From positions 1 to 64,000 of the IMG/VR virus record IMGVR_UViG_3300042691_026427: DNA of 64,000 bases. One strand, 5' to 3'. Below the pieces are notes generated by a model, which was not told where the DNA came from, made no database searches, and worked only from the letters and a program-made list of their open reading frames with translations. The stretch's first letter is position 1. Each line of letters starts with the position of its first letter. This stretch comes from a virus. Positions 5,154-15,093 of this stretch are shown here, in pieces. A program made the position numbers and the translations under genes.

Positions 5154-5798
5154 ATGCACGCTATAATAAGCCACCACAATGACACATACCAGCCGTTGGC
5201 TGATTATACATGGACCGGAAACAAAATTCCCTATGCCGAAAAGCACGGGTATCAATGTCGAATGGAAGAACTAACATCGTTAGGGCACGGTGCCCAACTT
5301 CATAAAGTTGATTTTATCAATAGAATGTTGCACGATCCTCAAAACTACGACTGGATATGGTGGACTGGTTGTGATTTAATGGTTACTAACTTCAATACCA
5401 AAATTGAAGAAAAGATTGATAACCAGTATCACATGATTATCGCCACTGACTGCAACGGATTTAATGCAGACAGTATATTGATTCGAAATAGTCAAGAAAG
5501 TAAAGATTATTGGAAAATGGTTTCTGAAGTATTGCCGGGCTTACATTGGCATTGGGAAGGCGAGCAAAAGATTATCAAAGACACATATCCTAATTACAAA
5601 GACATTATCAAAGTTGTTCCACAGCGAGATATCAATGCTTATGATTATTCCACTTACGGTGGTGCATACCCTTCAATTGATTATCTAAACACTGACGGCA
5701 ATTGGCAGCATGGCGATTGGGCTATACAATGGCCGGGACTGGGATTAGAACTAAGATTGCAATTGGCCGAACTGTATTCACAAAAGGTTGTCAAATAA
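5154..5798 (+). CDS. glycosyltransferase, GT34 (GMA12/MNN10)-like
   Basis: YAEKHGY, DWIWWxxxD, FNADSILIRNS, EQ motifs. Confidence 0.7.
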   Translation: MHAIISHHNDTYQPLADYTWTGNKIPYAEKHGYQCRMEELTSLGHGAQLHKVDFINRMLHDPQNYDWIWWTGCDLMVTNFNTKIEEKIDNQYHMIIATDCNGFNADSILIRNSQESKDYWKMVSEVLPGLHWHWEGEQKIIKDTYPNYKDIIKVVPQRDINAYDYSTYGGAYPSIDYLNTDGNWQHGDWAIQWPGLGLELRLQLAELYSQKVVK

Positions 5799-7117
5799 TG
5801 GAACATATTTTAAAACAGATTCGCGAATACATTGACGAAAAGAATTCTAAAAAATCGTGGACTGCTGGTAAGGACTTTGTTAACTATGCAGGTCCACATT
5901 TTAATGCAGATGAAATTGTCAGTGCTACTGAAACCTTACTAAATGGATGGCTAGTAATGGGCGACAAATGTCTTAAGTTTGAAAAAGAATTTCCTAAGCA
6001 GTTTGGAAAAAACTTTGGAATACTTACAAACAGTGGTAGCTCCAGTAACTTGTTAATGATGGCAGCTTTGACCAGCAAGCGTGGACATCATTTGCCCAAA
6101 GGTACAAAAGTATTAATGCCTATTGCGGGATTTCCTACTACACTGAATCCTACACTTCAAGTAGGTTTTGAACCGGTATTTGTTGATATCGAAATTGATT
6201 CACTTAATCTAAATCTCGATCAAGTAGAACAAGTGCTAAACTCTGATCCAGATATTCGTGTTATTACATTTGCACATGTATTAGGTAATCCACCTAATAT
6301 GGATCAATTAATGGCATTAGTTCGCAAACACAATTTAATCTTGTTAGAAGATTGCTGTGATGCATTAGGCAGTACCTATGCAGGTATTCCTTTGGGCAAG
6401 TTTGGAGAAATGGCATCATGCAGTTTTTATCCAGCACATCATATGACCATGGGAGAAGGTGGCTTTGTTGCCTGCAGAGATTATCAGCAAGAAGTAATTT
6501 TAAGATCATTTAGAGAATGGGGCCGTGGTTGTTATTGTGTGGGTCCAGAAGCCAATAAACTCAAGTGCGGTAGTTGCGGTAATCGATTTAAAGAATGGAT
6601 TCCGGAAATGCCAGGAGAAATTTTTGACCACAAATATGTTTACGACGAAATTGGGTATAATTTAAAACCGATTGAAGTGCAGGGCGCCATGGGTCTACAT
6701 CAACTAGAAAAGTTAGACGAGATCCACAGTCTAAGAAAACGAAACTACCACTTGTTGTTTAGCATATATAAGAAATACGAAGAGTTCTTTCATCTTCCCC
6801 GACCTACTGCTAAATCAGATCCTAGTTGGTTTGCTTTTCCGTTGACTATCCGTGAAGGTGCACCTTTTAAGCGTAGCGACATTGTTGATTATTTAGAAGA
6901 AAATTTAATTCAGACTCGTCCGTACTTTGCCGGTAACATCATGTTGCAGCCTGCATACAGCCATTTGATGAATCCTGCTGATGCCCGTGATAACTTTCCT
7001 GTTGCTACTCATGTGATGCGCAACACGTTCTTTCATGGTACTAGTCCAGTTATTACTCCAGAACAAATTGCTTACATTGGAGAAAAGGTTGACGGTTTTA
7101 TGAGTTTATTTGTTTAA
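5798..7117 (+). CDS. rfbH: CDP-4-keto-6-deoxyglucose 3-dehydratase (DegT family, RfbH/DdhC type)
   Basis: SFYPAHHMTMGEGG (His replaces the PLP Lys), WGRGCYC..C cluster, FDHKY; start coupled as TAATG. Confidence 0.88.
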   Translation: MEHILKQIREYIDEKNSKKSWTAGKDFVNYAGPHFNADEIVSATETLLNGWLVMGDKCLKFEKEFPKQFGKNFGILTNSGSSSNLLMMAALTSKRGHHLPKGTKVLMPIAGFPTTLNPTLQVGFEPVFVDIEIDSLNLNLDQVEQVLNSDPDIRVITFAHVLGNPPNMDQLMALVRKHNLILLEDCCDALGSTYAGIPLGKFGEMASCSFYPAHHMTMGEGGFVACRDYQQEVILRSFREWGRGCYCVGPEANKLKCGSCGNRFKEWIPEMPGEIFDHKYVYDEIGYNLKPIEVQGAMGLHQLEKLDEIHSLRKRNYHLLFSIYKKYEEFFHLPRPTAKSDPSWFAFPLTIREGAPFKRSDIVDYLEENLIQTRPYFAGNIMLQPAYSHLMNPADARDNFPVATHVMRNTFFHGTSPVITPEQIAYIGEKVDGFMSLFV

Positions 7118-7125
7118 GGAAAAAT

Positions 7126-7668
7126 ATGAAAAAAGCATTAATTATTACCCACAGCGGATTTCAAGACCACGAATTAGTTTATCCATACTATCGATTGTTA
7201 GGAGAAGGATTCGAGACACATATAGTTGCAGACAAAAAAGACGCACTAGGAAGATGCTACGGTATCTTTGGATTAAACATGCCTTGTCATATTTTGCTAG
7301 ATGATTTTGTAAACAATCTAGACAGATATCAAGATGAGTATGATGTTGTTGTTCTACCTGGTGGTGTAAAAGCTCTTGAAAAGTTGCGTTTGATCAAACC
7401 GGTACTGTCGTTTATTCACCAATGGAATCAGAACGGTAAAGTTATTATCAGTACCTGCCACGGGGCTCAGCTATTGATCAGTGCAAAAATTGTCAAAGGT
7501 CGTAAGATCAGTGGCTATTATAGTTTAGAAGATGACATTAACAATGCTGGCGCAACTTATGTCAATGCTCCGTATGTGATCGACGACAATATTATTTCTA
7601 GTCCGCATTACGATCATATGGGAGTGTGGATGGAAGAAGCAATTAAACTATACAATGCACGAACATAA
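7126..7668 (+). CDS. DJ-1/PfpI family protein
   Basis: GFQDHE, LPGG, CHGAQLL. Confidence 0.85.
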   Translation: MKKALIITHSGFQDHELVYPYYRLLGEGFETHIVADKKDALGRCYGIFGLNMPCHILLDDFVNNLDRYQDEYDVVVLPGGVKALEKLRLIKPVLSFIHQWNQNGKVIISTCHGAQLLISAKIVKGRKISGYYSLEDDINNAGATYVNAPYVIDDNIISSPHYDHMGVWMEEAIKLYNART

Positions 7669-8323
7669 CATCATAAGAAAACCCTGGGGCTATGAATACA
7701 TAGCCTATCAGAATGACAGCGTAGCACTCAAGGTGTTGCATATCAGTGCAGGCGAGAGAACTAGTCTACACTGTCATCCTAACAAAAGCACAGGATTAGT
7801 ATTATTAGCAGGCACTGCGGAAATTAATTTTATTGCAGATAGCAAACAGTTAACCGCTCCGGCAAAACAAATGATTCGACGGGGCTTATTCCATCAAACT
7901 CATGCAGTAAGCGACAACGGCATAATTATGTTTGAAATAGAAACTCCTGTAGATAAGGATGACCTTGTTAGATTACGTGACAACTACGGACGTAAGGATC
8001 AAGGATACGAGGACAATCAATTTGAACTGCCTAAAGATAGCGAATGTCTTTGGATTAACGATCCAGTTCTCGGAACTTCAGATTTTTATAAAATAGGTAC
8101 ATGTGATGTTGAAATTACTTGTGCCACTGATACATCAATTTTTGAAAACAGAAATTCTAATGACATTGTTATGTTTTTAAAAGGTGGTCTAATTAAAGAA
8201 GTTAACAATCGACCACACTTGGTAACACAACCTGGTGATGTAGGGCAAGTAAAAGTAGTAAAGCAGGTATCTCAAGAAATGGATTGTTTTGCTCCAGACA
8301 CTATAATAGCATTTATCAAATGA
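7655..8323 (+). CDS. cupin (mannose-6-phosphate isomerase-like) protein
   Basis: KPWG, TSLHCH, EIETP..DDLVRLRDNYGR. Confidence 0.75.
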   Translation: MHEHNIIRKPWGYEYIAYQNDSVALKVLHISAGERTSLHCHPNKSTGLVLLAGTAEINFIADSKQLTAPAKQMIRRGLFHQTHAVSDNGIIMFEIETPVDKDDLVRLRDNYGRKDQGYEDNQFELPKDSECLWINDPVLGTSDFYKIGTCDVEITCATDTSIFENRNSNDIVMFLKGGLIKEVNNRPHLVTQPGDVGQVKVVKQVSQEMDCFAPDTIIAFIK

Positions 8324-8721
8324 AAAACCATTTTCCTCCCGGATTTGCCGATGACGCTAACAATCTAAGTATCGACTTCGACGGTGTAATTCACAGTCAT
8401 CATTTAGGATTTCATGATGGCACTATATACGGTTATCCTATAGAAGGCAGTCTAGAAGCGGTTCGAGAACTTAGCAAATATTATCGCATAGTAATTTTCA
8501 CAGCAAAAGCCAAGTCTGATCGACCATTGGTAAATGGCAAGACTGGTACCGAGTTAGTATGGGAATGGTTGGCAAAGTACGGCATTTCCGATTGCGTAGC
8601 AGAAGTTACATCAGAAAAACCTCGTAGTTTTTTGTACATTGACGACAACGGCTACCGATTTGAAAATTGGGAAAATACACTAAACTACGTTAAGAGCAAT
8701 TATGAAGATAAAAGTAAGTGA
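8320..8721 (+). CDS. HAD-superfamily phosphatase
   Basis: IDFDGVIH, KP..YIDD. Confidence 0.75.
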   Translation: MKNHFPPGFADDANNLSIDFDGVIHSHHLGFHDGTIYGYPIEGSLEAVRELSKYYRIVIFTAKAKSDRPLVNGKTGTELVWEWLAKYGISDCVAEVTSEKPRSFLYIDDNGYRFENWENTLNYVKSNYEDKSK

Positions 8722-10483
8722 TTATATAATCAAATTATTAGAACAAAAGGGCGTTGATACAGCGTTTTGTATCACAGGCGGAGCAGCAGCGCATTTAATC
8801 GAAAGTCTTCGTATCAGCGATATGCAAGTTTTTCACAACTATAACGAACAAGCCTGCGCTATGAGTGCTGATGGGTATGCTCGTATTGCCAAAAAGCCAG
8901 CACTAGTCATGGTCACTAACGGACCAGGTAGTAGTAATGCTATTACCGGAGTATTAGGTGCGTGGCAAGACAGTGTTCCGATGATTGTGTTGAGCGGTCA
9001 AGTGCCGAGGCATCAAACACTTGCAGCCGAAGTTAGATCATTACGTCAATTAGGATTACAAGAAGCTGATATTATCAGCATGGTCAAACATTGTACCAAT
9101 CATGCTGTTCAGATAACACAGACAAGTAACATCAAACAAGAAATAGACAAAGCCTGGCACTTGGCAACTAGCGGTCGTATGGGGCCCGTTTGGTTAGACA
9201 TTCCTATCGATATTCAAGCAGAAATAATCGAAACTGATGACCAGTTAGAATATGTAATAGAAGCTGTTGATACTCGTGTTCACTCCATCGAAGGTATTGT
9301 TACTGCAATAAAGAATTCTAAGAAACCTTTGATAGTTGCAGGTAACGGTATTCATTTAGGCAATGCTGAAAATGAATTTTTACAATTAGTAAATCAATTA
9401 CAAATTCCAGTTGTAGCAACATGGAATGCCAAAGATCTTTTTAATTCAGATGACGACTTGTATGTTGGTAATTTCGGATTGCTAGGTGAAAGAGCTGCTA
9501 ACTTTGCTATTCAACAAGCAGATTTGTTAATTGTACTGGGCAGTAGATTAAGTATTCCTGTAACTGGATATAACACAAAAGACTTTTCTCCTAACTCTAA
9601 GAAGATCATGGTTGACTTAGATGAAAATGAAATACTTAAACATACATTAACTATCGATTATCCTTATGTTGGACATGTAAAAGATTTTATTAATGATATA
9701 AAAGACATTATCGAACCATCAAAGAGGCAGCTTTGGAATAATACCGTTAAAGGATGGAAAGAAAGATTTCCAGTGTTTAGTGAAAATCATGTTCGTGCCG
9801 ATGGTTTCGTTAACAGCTTTGATTTTATGCAGCATTTAAGTAATGCCATGCGACCAGATGATGTAGTAGTAACTGACATGGGAACTAGTTTTACTTGCAC
9901 TATGCAATCTTTGCAGCATACAGGCAAAGACAGACTGTTTACCAGTAGTGCTTTGTGCAGTATGGGATTTGGTTTGCCCGGAGCAATCGGCGCATATACT
10001 GCTAACGCTAATAATCGTGTAATTTGTATTGCAGGAGACGGTGGATTCCAAATGAACATTCAAGAGCTGCAAACTGTAGCTCAATACAATTTACCAATTA
10101 AAATTATTATCTTAAACAACGACGGATATCTAGCAATCAGTCTAATGCAGGATAATTTGTTTAATGGAAATCATTTTGGTGCAACTAGTGCTAGTGGTGT
10201 AGGAAGTCCTAAGTTTGTTGAATTGAGCAAAGCATATGGAATTCCTGCATATAAATTAAAAACTATCACAGATGTTAAAAATAATTTGGCTTTCTTGTTA
10301 AGTGAGTCAGGACCTTGTTTAATTGAAATTAACATGGTAAGAAACCAATTGTTAATTCCTCGTGTTCAAAGTAAACGAGATGCTTCTGGAAAGATTGTCA
10401 GCGGAAGCATAGATGCTATGTTTCCATTTTTAACAGATAAAGAAATAGACCAAGTATTAACTGAAAGCCGTAGTTGTGAATAA
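8702..10483 (+). CDS. TPP-dependent acetolactate-synthase-like enzyme (YerE-like)
   Basis: EQAC..ADGYAR, TNGPG, GDGGFQMNIQEL..NN; located in an NDP-sugar operon. Confidence 0.85.
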   Translation: MKIKVSDYIIKLLEQKGVDTAFCITGGAAAHLIESLRISDMQVFHNYNEQACAMSADGYARIAKKPALVMVTNGPGSSNAITGVLGAWQDSVPMIVLSGQVPRHQTLAAEVRSLRQLGLQEADIISMVKHCTNHAVQITQTSNIKQEIDKAWHLATSGRMGPVWLDIPIDIQAEIIETDDQLEYVIEAVDTRVHSIEGIVTAIKNSKKPLIVAGNGIHLGNAENEFLQLVNQLQIPVVATWNAKDLFNSDDDLYVGNFGLLGERAANFAIQQADLLIVLGSRLSIPVTGYNTKDFSPNSKKIMVDLDENEILKHTLTIDYPYVGHVKDFINDIKDIIEPSKRQLWNNTVKGWKERFPVFSENHVRADGFVNSFDFMQHLSNAMRPDDVVVTDMGTSFTCTMQSLQHTGKDRLFTSSALCSMGFGLPGAIGAYTANANNRVICIAGDGGFQMNIQELQTVAQYNLPIKIIILNNDGYLAISLMQDNLFNGNHFGATSASGVGSPKFVELSKAYGIPAYKLKTITDVKNNLAFLLSESGPCLIEINMVRNQLLIPRVQSKRDASGKIVSGSIDAMFPFLTDKEIDQVLTESRSCE

Positions 10484-11297
10484 AATTGCAGTATTAGGCG
10501 CTAACGGATATATTGGTCGATATCTTGTTGAAAATTTAACTACTGATGGTTACGAAGTATTGCCTGTAACTAGGTCCGAGTTGACATTAACTAATACTCA
10601 GCAGGTTAAGAATTGGTTAGAAAAATACAGACCATATGCAATAATCAACTGTGCGTCTTCTGTGTCAATTACAGGCGTTCGAGAACACAATGTAAACTTT
10701 GATGATCTGCAAAATAATATCAATATTTTTCTTAATTTTTATTATCACAGTGATTTGTTTTCAAAATTTATCAACATCGGAACCGGTGCTGAGTTTGATA
10801 AAACAAGAAGTATTACAGAAATAACAGAAACCGAACTTACAAAATCATTTCCTACTGAAACTTATGGATACAGTAAAAATTTAATTTCAAGATTTGTTTT
10901 AGAAAAAGAAAAATTTTACACACTAAGACTATTTGGATGTTTTGATAAATCAGAACCCACTGCTCGACTGTTTCAACAATTGCAAATCAAAGATCAAGTT
11001 ACTATTGAAGATAAACAATTTGATTATATTAGTGCTCGAGATTTCTATAAGGTATTAAATCATTACTTAAATAATAATGTAGAACACAAAGATATCAATT
11101 GTGTATATTCAAAAAAGTATATGCTTAGTGAAATTGCAAATATGTTTAAAGAATATCACAACTTACCAGTAGACATTGTTATATCGGGTATTGGTAAAAA
11201 TTACTCAGCATGTGGAAAGAAACTATCGCAATTGGCAATAGCATTAGATGGATTAGAAAAATCCATCAAGAGTTATAACGCTAATAGTTTGATTTAA
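10476..11297 (+). CDS. NAD-dependent epimerase/dehydratase
   Basis: GANGYIG, YGYSK. Confidence 0.85.
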   Translation: MNKIAVLGANGYIGRYLVENLTTDGYEVLPVTRSELTLTNTQQVKNWLEKYRPYAIINCASSVSITGVREHNVNFDDLQNNINIFLNFYYHSDLFSKFINIGTGAEFDKTRSITEITETELTKSFPTETYGYSKNLISRFVLEKEKFYTLRLFGCFDKSEPTARLFQQLQIKDQVTIEDKQFDYISARDFYKVLNHYLNNNVEHKDINCVYSKKYMLSEIANMFKEYHNLPVDIVISGIGKNYSACGKKLSQLAIALDGLEKSIKSYNANSLI

Positions 11298-11311
11298 AAA
11301 TTAAGAATAAT

Positions 11312-12250
11312 ATGAAAAAAATTGTATATGTAACTGGATGTCTAGGATTTATCGGATATCATGTAACCAAAGCCTGTTTAGACAAAGGTTGGTATGTTCG
11401 TGGAATTGACAAAGGCACCTATGCTGCCAATTGGAATCTACTTCCCACACTGGAAAAGTATAATAATTTTACATTCGAACATGTAGACATTAACGACTTA
11501 GATAGAATATACGATTGTGATTATTTTATCAACACCGCGGCCGAAACTCACGTTGACAACAGTTTAGAAGAAAGCGACTGTTTTGTCCATAGCAATATAA
11601 ATGGAGTTCATCATATTCTCAAATTGATCAATCAAAGAAAATATCGTAAACCTGTATTGTTGCAATTTAGTACTGATGAAGTATATGGAGATATCGAGCA
11701 GGGCAGTCACACTGAAGAAGATAGATTAGCTCCTAGTAATCCTTATAGTGCTACCAAAGCAGCAGCTGATATGTTGATACTAGCTTGGGGCCGCAGTCAT
11801 AATCTTCCCTATATAATTGTGCGTCCCACAAACAACTACGGCATTGGCCAATATGTTGAAAAACTTATCCCTAAAACTTGTAAGTTTCTAACTATTGGAA
11901 AAAAGATCGACTTACATAACAACGGTACTCCTGTGCGTACTTGGTTACATGCTAGCGATACTGCTCGTGCAGTGCTAACAATTATAGAATCAGGAGCGGT
12001 AAATGAAGTCTACAATATAAGTGGGCCTTATCAGACTGAAAATATCAATGTTGTTACTAAGATTCTTAAATTATGTGGCATAAAAGGAGATCCTTTTGAT
12101 CACATTGCACAGGCTTCTCGACAAGGGCAGGATGTTCGATACTCAATCGATGATTCAAAGTTAAGAAGTTTAGGTTGGACTCCTGTTGCAGACTTTGATA
12201 AAGAACTAAGCAAAATTGTAAAATATTATAAGAACAATTTTGTATGGTGA
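11312..12250 (+). CDS. rfbB: NDP-glucose 4,6-dehydratase
   Basis: GCLGFIG, AAETHVD, STDEVYG, PYSATK, NNYG. Confidence 0.88.
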   Translation: MKKIVYVTGCLGFIGYHVTKACLDKGWYVRGIDKGTYAANWNLLPTLEKYNNFTFEHVDINDLDRIYDCDYFINTAAETHVDNSLEESDCFVHSNINGVHHILKLINQRKYRKPVLLQFSTDEVYGDIEQGSHTEEDRLAPSNPYSATKAAADMLILAWGRSHNLPYIIVRPTNNYGIGQYVEKLIPKTCKFLTIGKKIDLHNNGTPVRTWLHASDTARAVLTIIESGAVNEVYNISGPYQTENINVVTKILKLCGIKGDPFDHIAQASRQGQDVRYSIDDSKLRSLGWTPVADFDKELSKIVKYYKNNFVW

Positions 12251-12251
12251 T

Positions 12252-12278
12252 AAAAAAAGCCCCTTATGGGGCTTTTTT
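12252..12278. terminator. bidirectional terminator
   Basis: A7-GCCCC-TTAT-GGGGC-T6 between convergent genes. Confidence 0.85.
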
Positions 12279-12900
12279 ATTGTTTAGGCAATCTGCCTTT
12301 TCTTAAAATTTCTTCACTAGTCTTTTTACGAACAATGAATTCAATAGCACATTCACTGATACTGTGATATGTTTGATCATATCGTTTTGTATCATATATA
12401 AATGAAGCATTAACTAACTCTGCCTTGAGCACTTCAATCTTGTCTCTAAATTGATACAAAAATTCAATTAGATTAATACTAGCTGGGCTCCAACTTTCTT
12501 GTTTTAACAGAGTCCAGCTTGTTTTGTGATCAGGATTATGATTACTAGGCCACACACCTTGTTCATATAAATCTTCATCTGGGATAGTCGTAATAATGTG
12601 GCCACCTGGTTTGCAAATACGAATCCAGTTATCAAATGCTTCGTAAGGATCATGCAAATGCTCTAGACAATGACTACTGTGTACAAAATCGTAAGAGTTA
12701 TCGGCAACGCTTTCCATTTTTTGTGCATCACCGTCTGGCATATCCCAAACCTTAAGTGAAATCATTCCTGGAAATTGTTGTCCATATTTAATTAATGGGT
12801 CAGGTCCAGCGCCAATATCAATACCATCTCCTTTGAAGTAAGTACTAACAAATCTAGCATCTTGTAAACGGCGAATTAACGCTTTGCTTGTTTCATTCAT
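12277..12900 (-). CDS. class I SAM-dependent methyltransferase
   Basis: GIDIGAG, DFVHSSHCLEH, KPGG; start trimmed because the longer frame overlaps a tRNA. Confidence 0.85.
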   Translation of the reverse strand: MNETSKALIRRLQDARFVSTYFKGDGIDIGAGPDPLIKYGQQFPGMISLKVWDMPDGDAQKMESVADNSYDFVHSSHCLEHLHDPYEAFDNWIRICKPGGHIITTIPDEDLYEQGVWPSNHNPDHKTSWTLLKQESWSPASINLIEFLYQFRDKIEVLKAELVNASFIYDTKRYDQTYHSISECAIEFIVRKKTSEEILRKGRLPKQ

Positions 12901-12918
12901 TTTTAAACCTTTGTTGTT

Positions 12919-12993
12919 TGGCCCGGCGTCCAGGACTCGAACCTGGATTAATTGCTTAGAAGGCAACTATATTATCCCTTATATTAACGCCAG
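12919..12993 (-). tRNA. tRNA-Arg(TCT)
   Basis: CT-TCT-AA, T loop, CCA; own promoter TTGACA-17-TATAAT at 13002-13030. Confidence 0.93.
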
Positions 12994-13091
12994 TTGTATA
13001 TATTATAGCAGTATTTAATGAAGTTGTCAAGTTATATATGTAGTTTTAGATTATTATCTACATAGTAAATATCGATACACTGGAGCAAAAT

Positions 13092-13367
13092 ATGGACTTT
13101 TTAAAATTAGTAGCAGAACTGGGCTTCCCTATAGCTGGGGCTATGGCTGCGGGCTACTTTGTTTTTCTAACATTGAAGTTTATTCTTGCTGGAGTGACCA
13201 GCTCAGTAAACGGTATGGGCGGTATTATTAAGGGTTTAGACAGCAGAGTTGACACCATGACCAATCAACTGCAACGTATTGATGTTAAAGTTAGTCATGC
13301 ACTAGGACTACAGCCCGATTACGATCGCATTGCTCGTGCCGATCAAGTAGATCAAAGGAAAGACTAA
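13092..13367 (+). CDS. small membrane protein (TM + coiled coil)
   Basis: GFPI N-terminal helix; GGAG SD; paralog of 13546. Confidence 0.7.
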   Translation: MDFLKLVAELGFPIAGAMAAGYFVFLTLKFILAGVTSSVNGMGGIIKGLDSRVDTMTNQLQRIDVKVSHALGLQPDYDRIARADQVDQRKD

Positions 13368-13546
13368 TGAAGTATATCGATTACGAATGGGATCTACGTA
13401 AGGACAAGATTGTGCTAGATCGCCAACTCGATATTGACAAGTTAGAATGGCGAGCAGGTGATCATTTTGAATTGCAAAATGTCAATGGACAAATGCAACT
13501 AGTTAAAGTAGATCCATTGATAAAGTTTGTTAAGGGATACAAGTAA
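13367..13546 (+). CDS. 59-aa hypothetical protein (AbrB-like pattern)
   Basis: TAATG coupling at both ends; MKYIDYEWDL...LEWRAGDHFEL. Confidence 0.6.
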   Translation: MKYIDYEWDLRKDKIVLDRQLDIDKLEWRAGDHFELQNVNGQMQLVKVDPLIKFVKGYK

Positions 13547-13908
13547 TGGACATAGCAGAGATGATTAACAAATATGGATTTCCTATTGTTGCTGCTGGTG
13601 GAATGGGATACTTCATATACTATGTTTGGACATGGGTAACTACCGAAATTAAACCCGTTATAGGACAAGCCAATGGAACTCTTATTGCTCTTATTGATCG
13701 TATTCGTATGCTGGACAACGACCTTATAAGGTTGAATCAAAAAGTTGAAACAGTTATGGAATTACGCGGCAAGACCATTGAAAAAGAACGTATTGCTGCT
13801 GATGCATCTATAAACAAAGAGCCAGAACCTGTTAAAGAAAAGCTATCCCCTATACCTCAGAGAAGATTTACACAGCAAGAAATTAACGACGCAGCTGGTG
13901 ATGAGTAA
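13546..13908 (+). CDS. small membrane protein (TM + coiled coil)
   Basis: YGFPIVAAGGMGYF, similar to 13092. Confidence 0.7.
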   Translation: MDIAEMINKYGFPIVAAGGMGYFIYYVWTWVTTEIKPVIGQANGTLIALIDRIRMLDNDLIRLNQKVETVMELRGKTIEKERIAADASINKEPEPVKEKLSPIPQRRFTQQEINDAAGDE

Positions 13909-13920
13909 GTTAAATACTTA

Positions 13921-14634
13921 ATGATACAACTTTTATACATACTGATTTTAACACACATTACCATAGTGTCTGTTACATTATTTTTACACAGAGGTCAAGC
14001 ACATAGAGGCATTGAGTTCCATCCTATACTCAGTCATTTTATGCGATTCTGGCTTTGGCTTACTACAGGAATGACTACCAAACAATGGGTAGCCATTCAT
14101 CGTAAACATCATCAAACTACTGACGTACAAGGTGATCCTCATAGTCCTCACGTATTTGGACTCAACACTGTGATGTTCACAGGCTGGTATTTGTATAATA
14201 CTGCCAGCAAAGATGCTGACTTTGTCATGCAATATGGCAAGGGAACTCCTAAAGATTGGATAGAGCGTAAACTATATACTCCTCATCACAAGATGGGAAT
14301 CCTATTGATGTTACTGATTAACCTAATGTTGTTTGGTCCTGTGGGATTACTTATTTGGGGTGTACAGATGATATGGATTCCATTCTGGGCAGCTGGTATG
14401 ATCAATGGATTAGGTCATTGGTGGGGATATCGTAATGGGGAAACTAAAGATCACAGTCGTAATATAAGCCCTATAGGAATCATTGTGGGTGGAGAAGAAC
14501 TACATAATAATCATCACCTAGATCCAGCCAATCCTAAACTAAGTAGAAAGGTTTGGGAGTTTGATATCGGGTGGATGTGGTTTAAAATATTTGAATTTAT
14601 AGGTTTAGCAAAACTAAGATCATCTAATGGATAA
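13921..14634 (+). CDS. membrane fatty acid (delta-9) desaturase
   Basis: His boxes HRGQAH, HRKHH, HNNHH; DPHSP. Confidence 0.92.
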   Translation: MIQLLYILILTHITIVSVTLFLHRGQAHRGIEFHPILSHFMRFWLWLTTGMTTKQWVAIHRKHHQTTDVQGDPHSPHVFGLNTVMFTGWYLYNTASKDADFVMQYGKGTPKDWIERKLYTPHHKMGILLMLLINLMLFGPVGLLIWGVQMIWIPFWAAGMINGLGHWWGYRNGETKDHSRNISPIGIIVGGEELHNNHHLDPANPKLSRKVWEFDIGWMWFKIFEFIGLAKLRSSNG

Positions 14635-14639
14635 TTTTT

Positions 14640-15035
14640 GAAGTTTTGTTAGATTGTGAAGCCATACGACACCCTCTTCGGAGGGTGATCTTTTGTGTTT
14701 GTTGAGTTGCTCGGCACACACTGAGACAATAGGTGTCTTGATTTCCACGCTTCTGGGCTCTGTACCTTACCCCACCTATTACGACTTTTAAACTAACTGC
14801 GGTGTCACTGTTAGTATGAGCGTGTAGGAAATCGTTTCAACTGTTACGACTATTCAAACGTTTCGTGCCGTAGGGCAGACGTTTAAGCATCCTTTCGGGT
14901 AGTGAATAGAAGCTGCCTTCGCAATGAGGCATAGATCAGTGGGTCGCTTGTTAAGAACCTTGACCAGCAGAGAGTTACTGGCGCTGCTACGCCTTCTGTT
15001 GCGATTGATAGGGTGTGAATGTAAGTGTCTAACTT
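14640..15035 (-). ncRNA. large (~400 nt) pseudoknotted non-coding RNA candidate
   Basis: no ORF; many complementary helices including crossing pairs; TATAAT at 15038-15043. Confidence 0.55.
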
Positions 15036-15093
15036 ACATTATATAGGATATCCAAAATGATCGCGACCGAAACGGCGATCTATTTTGGATAGA

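Noticed and set aside
8702-10483. Branched-chain amino acid synthesis (ilvB) as an auxiliary metabolic gene
   Set aside because: No small subunit or other ilv genes; the sugar-nucleotide context favours a YerE-like role.
2715-12966. ORF-track N-terminal extensions (starts at 3197, 5702, 8284, 12966)
   Set aside because: They overlap RNAs or upstream genes; downstream ATGs have an SD or stop-start coupling.
14670-14700. CACCCTC-TTCG-GAGGGTG hairpin as proof of a plus-strand ncRNA
   Set aside because: It is equally explained as the desaturase terminator, so it does not settle the strand.
14640-15035. RNase P RNA, tmRNA or group I intron
   Set aside because: AACAGAAGGCG is present, but there is no GAGGAAAGUCC, no tRNA-like ends or tag ORF, and no recognisable P7 core.
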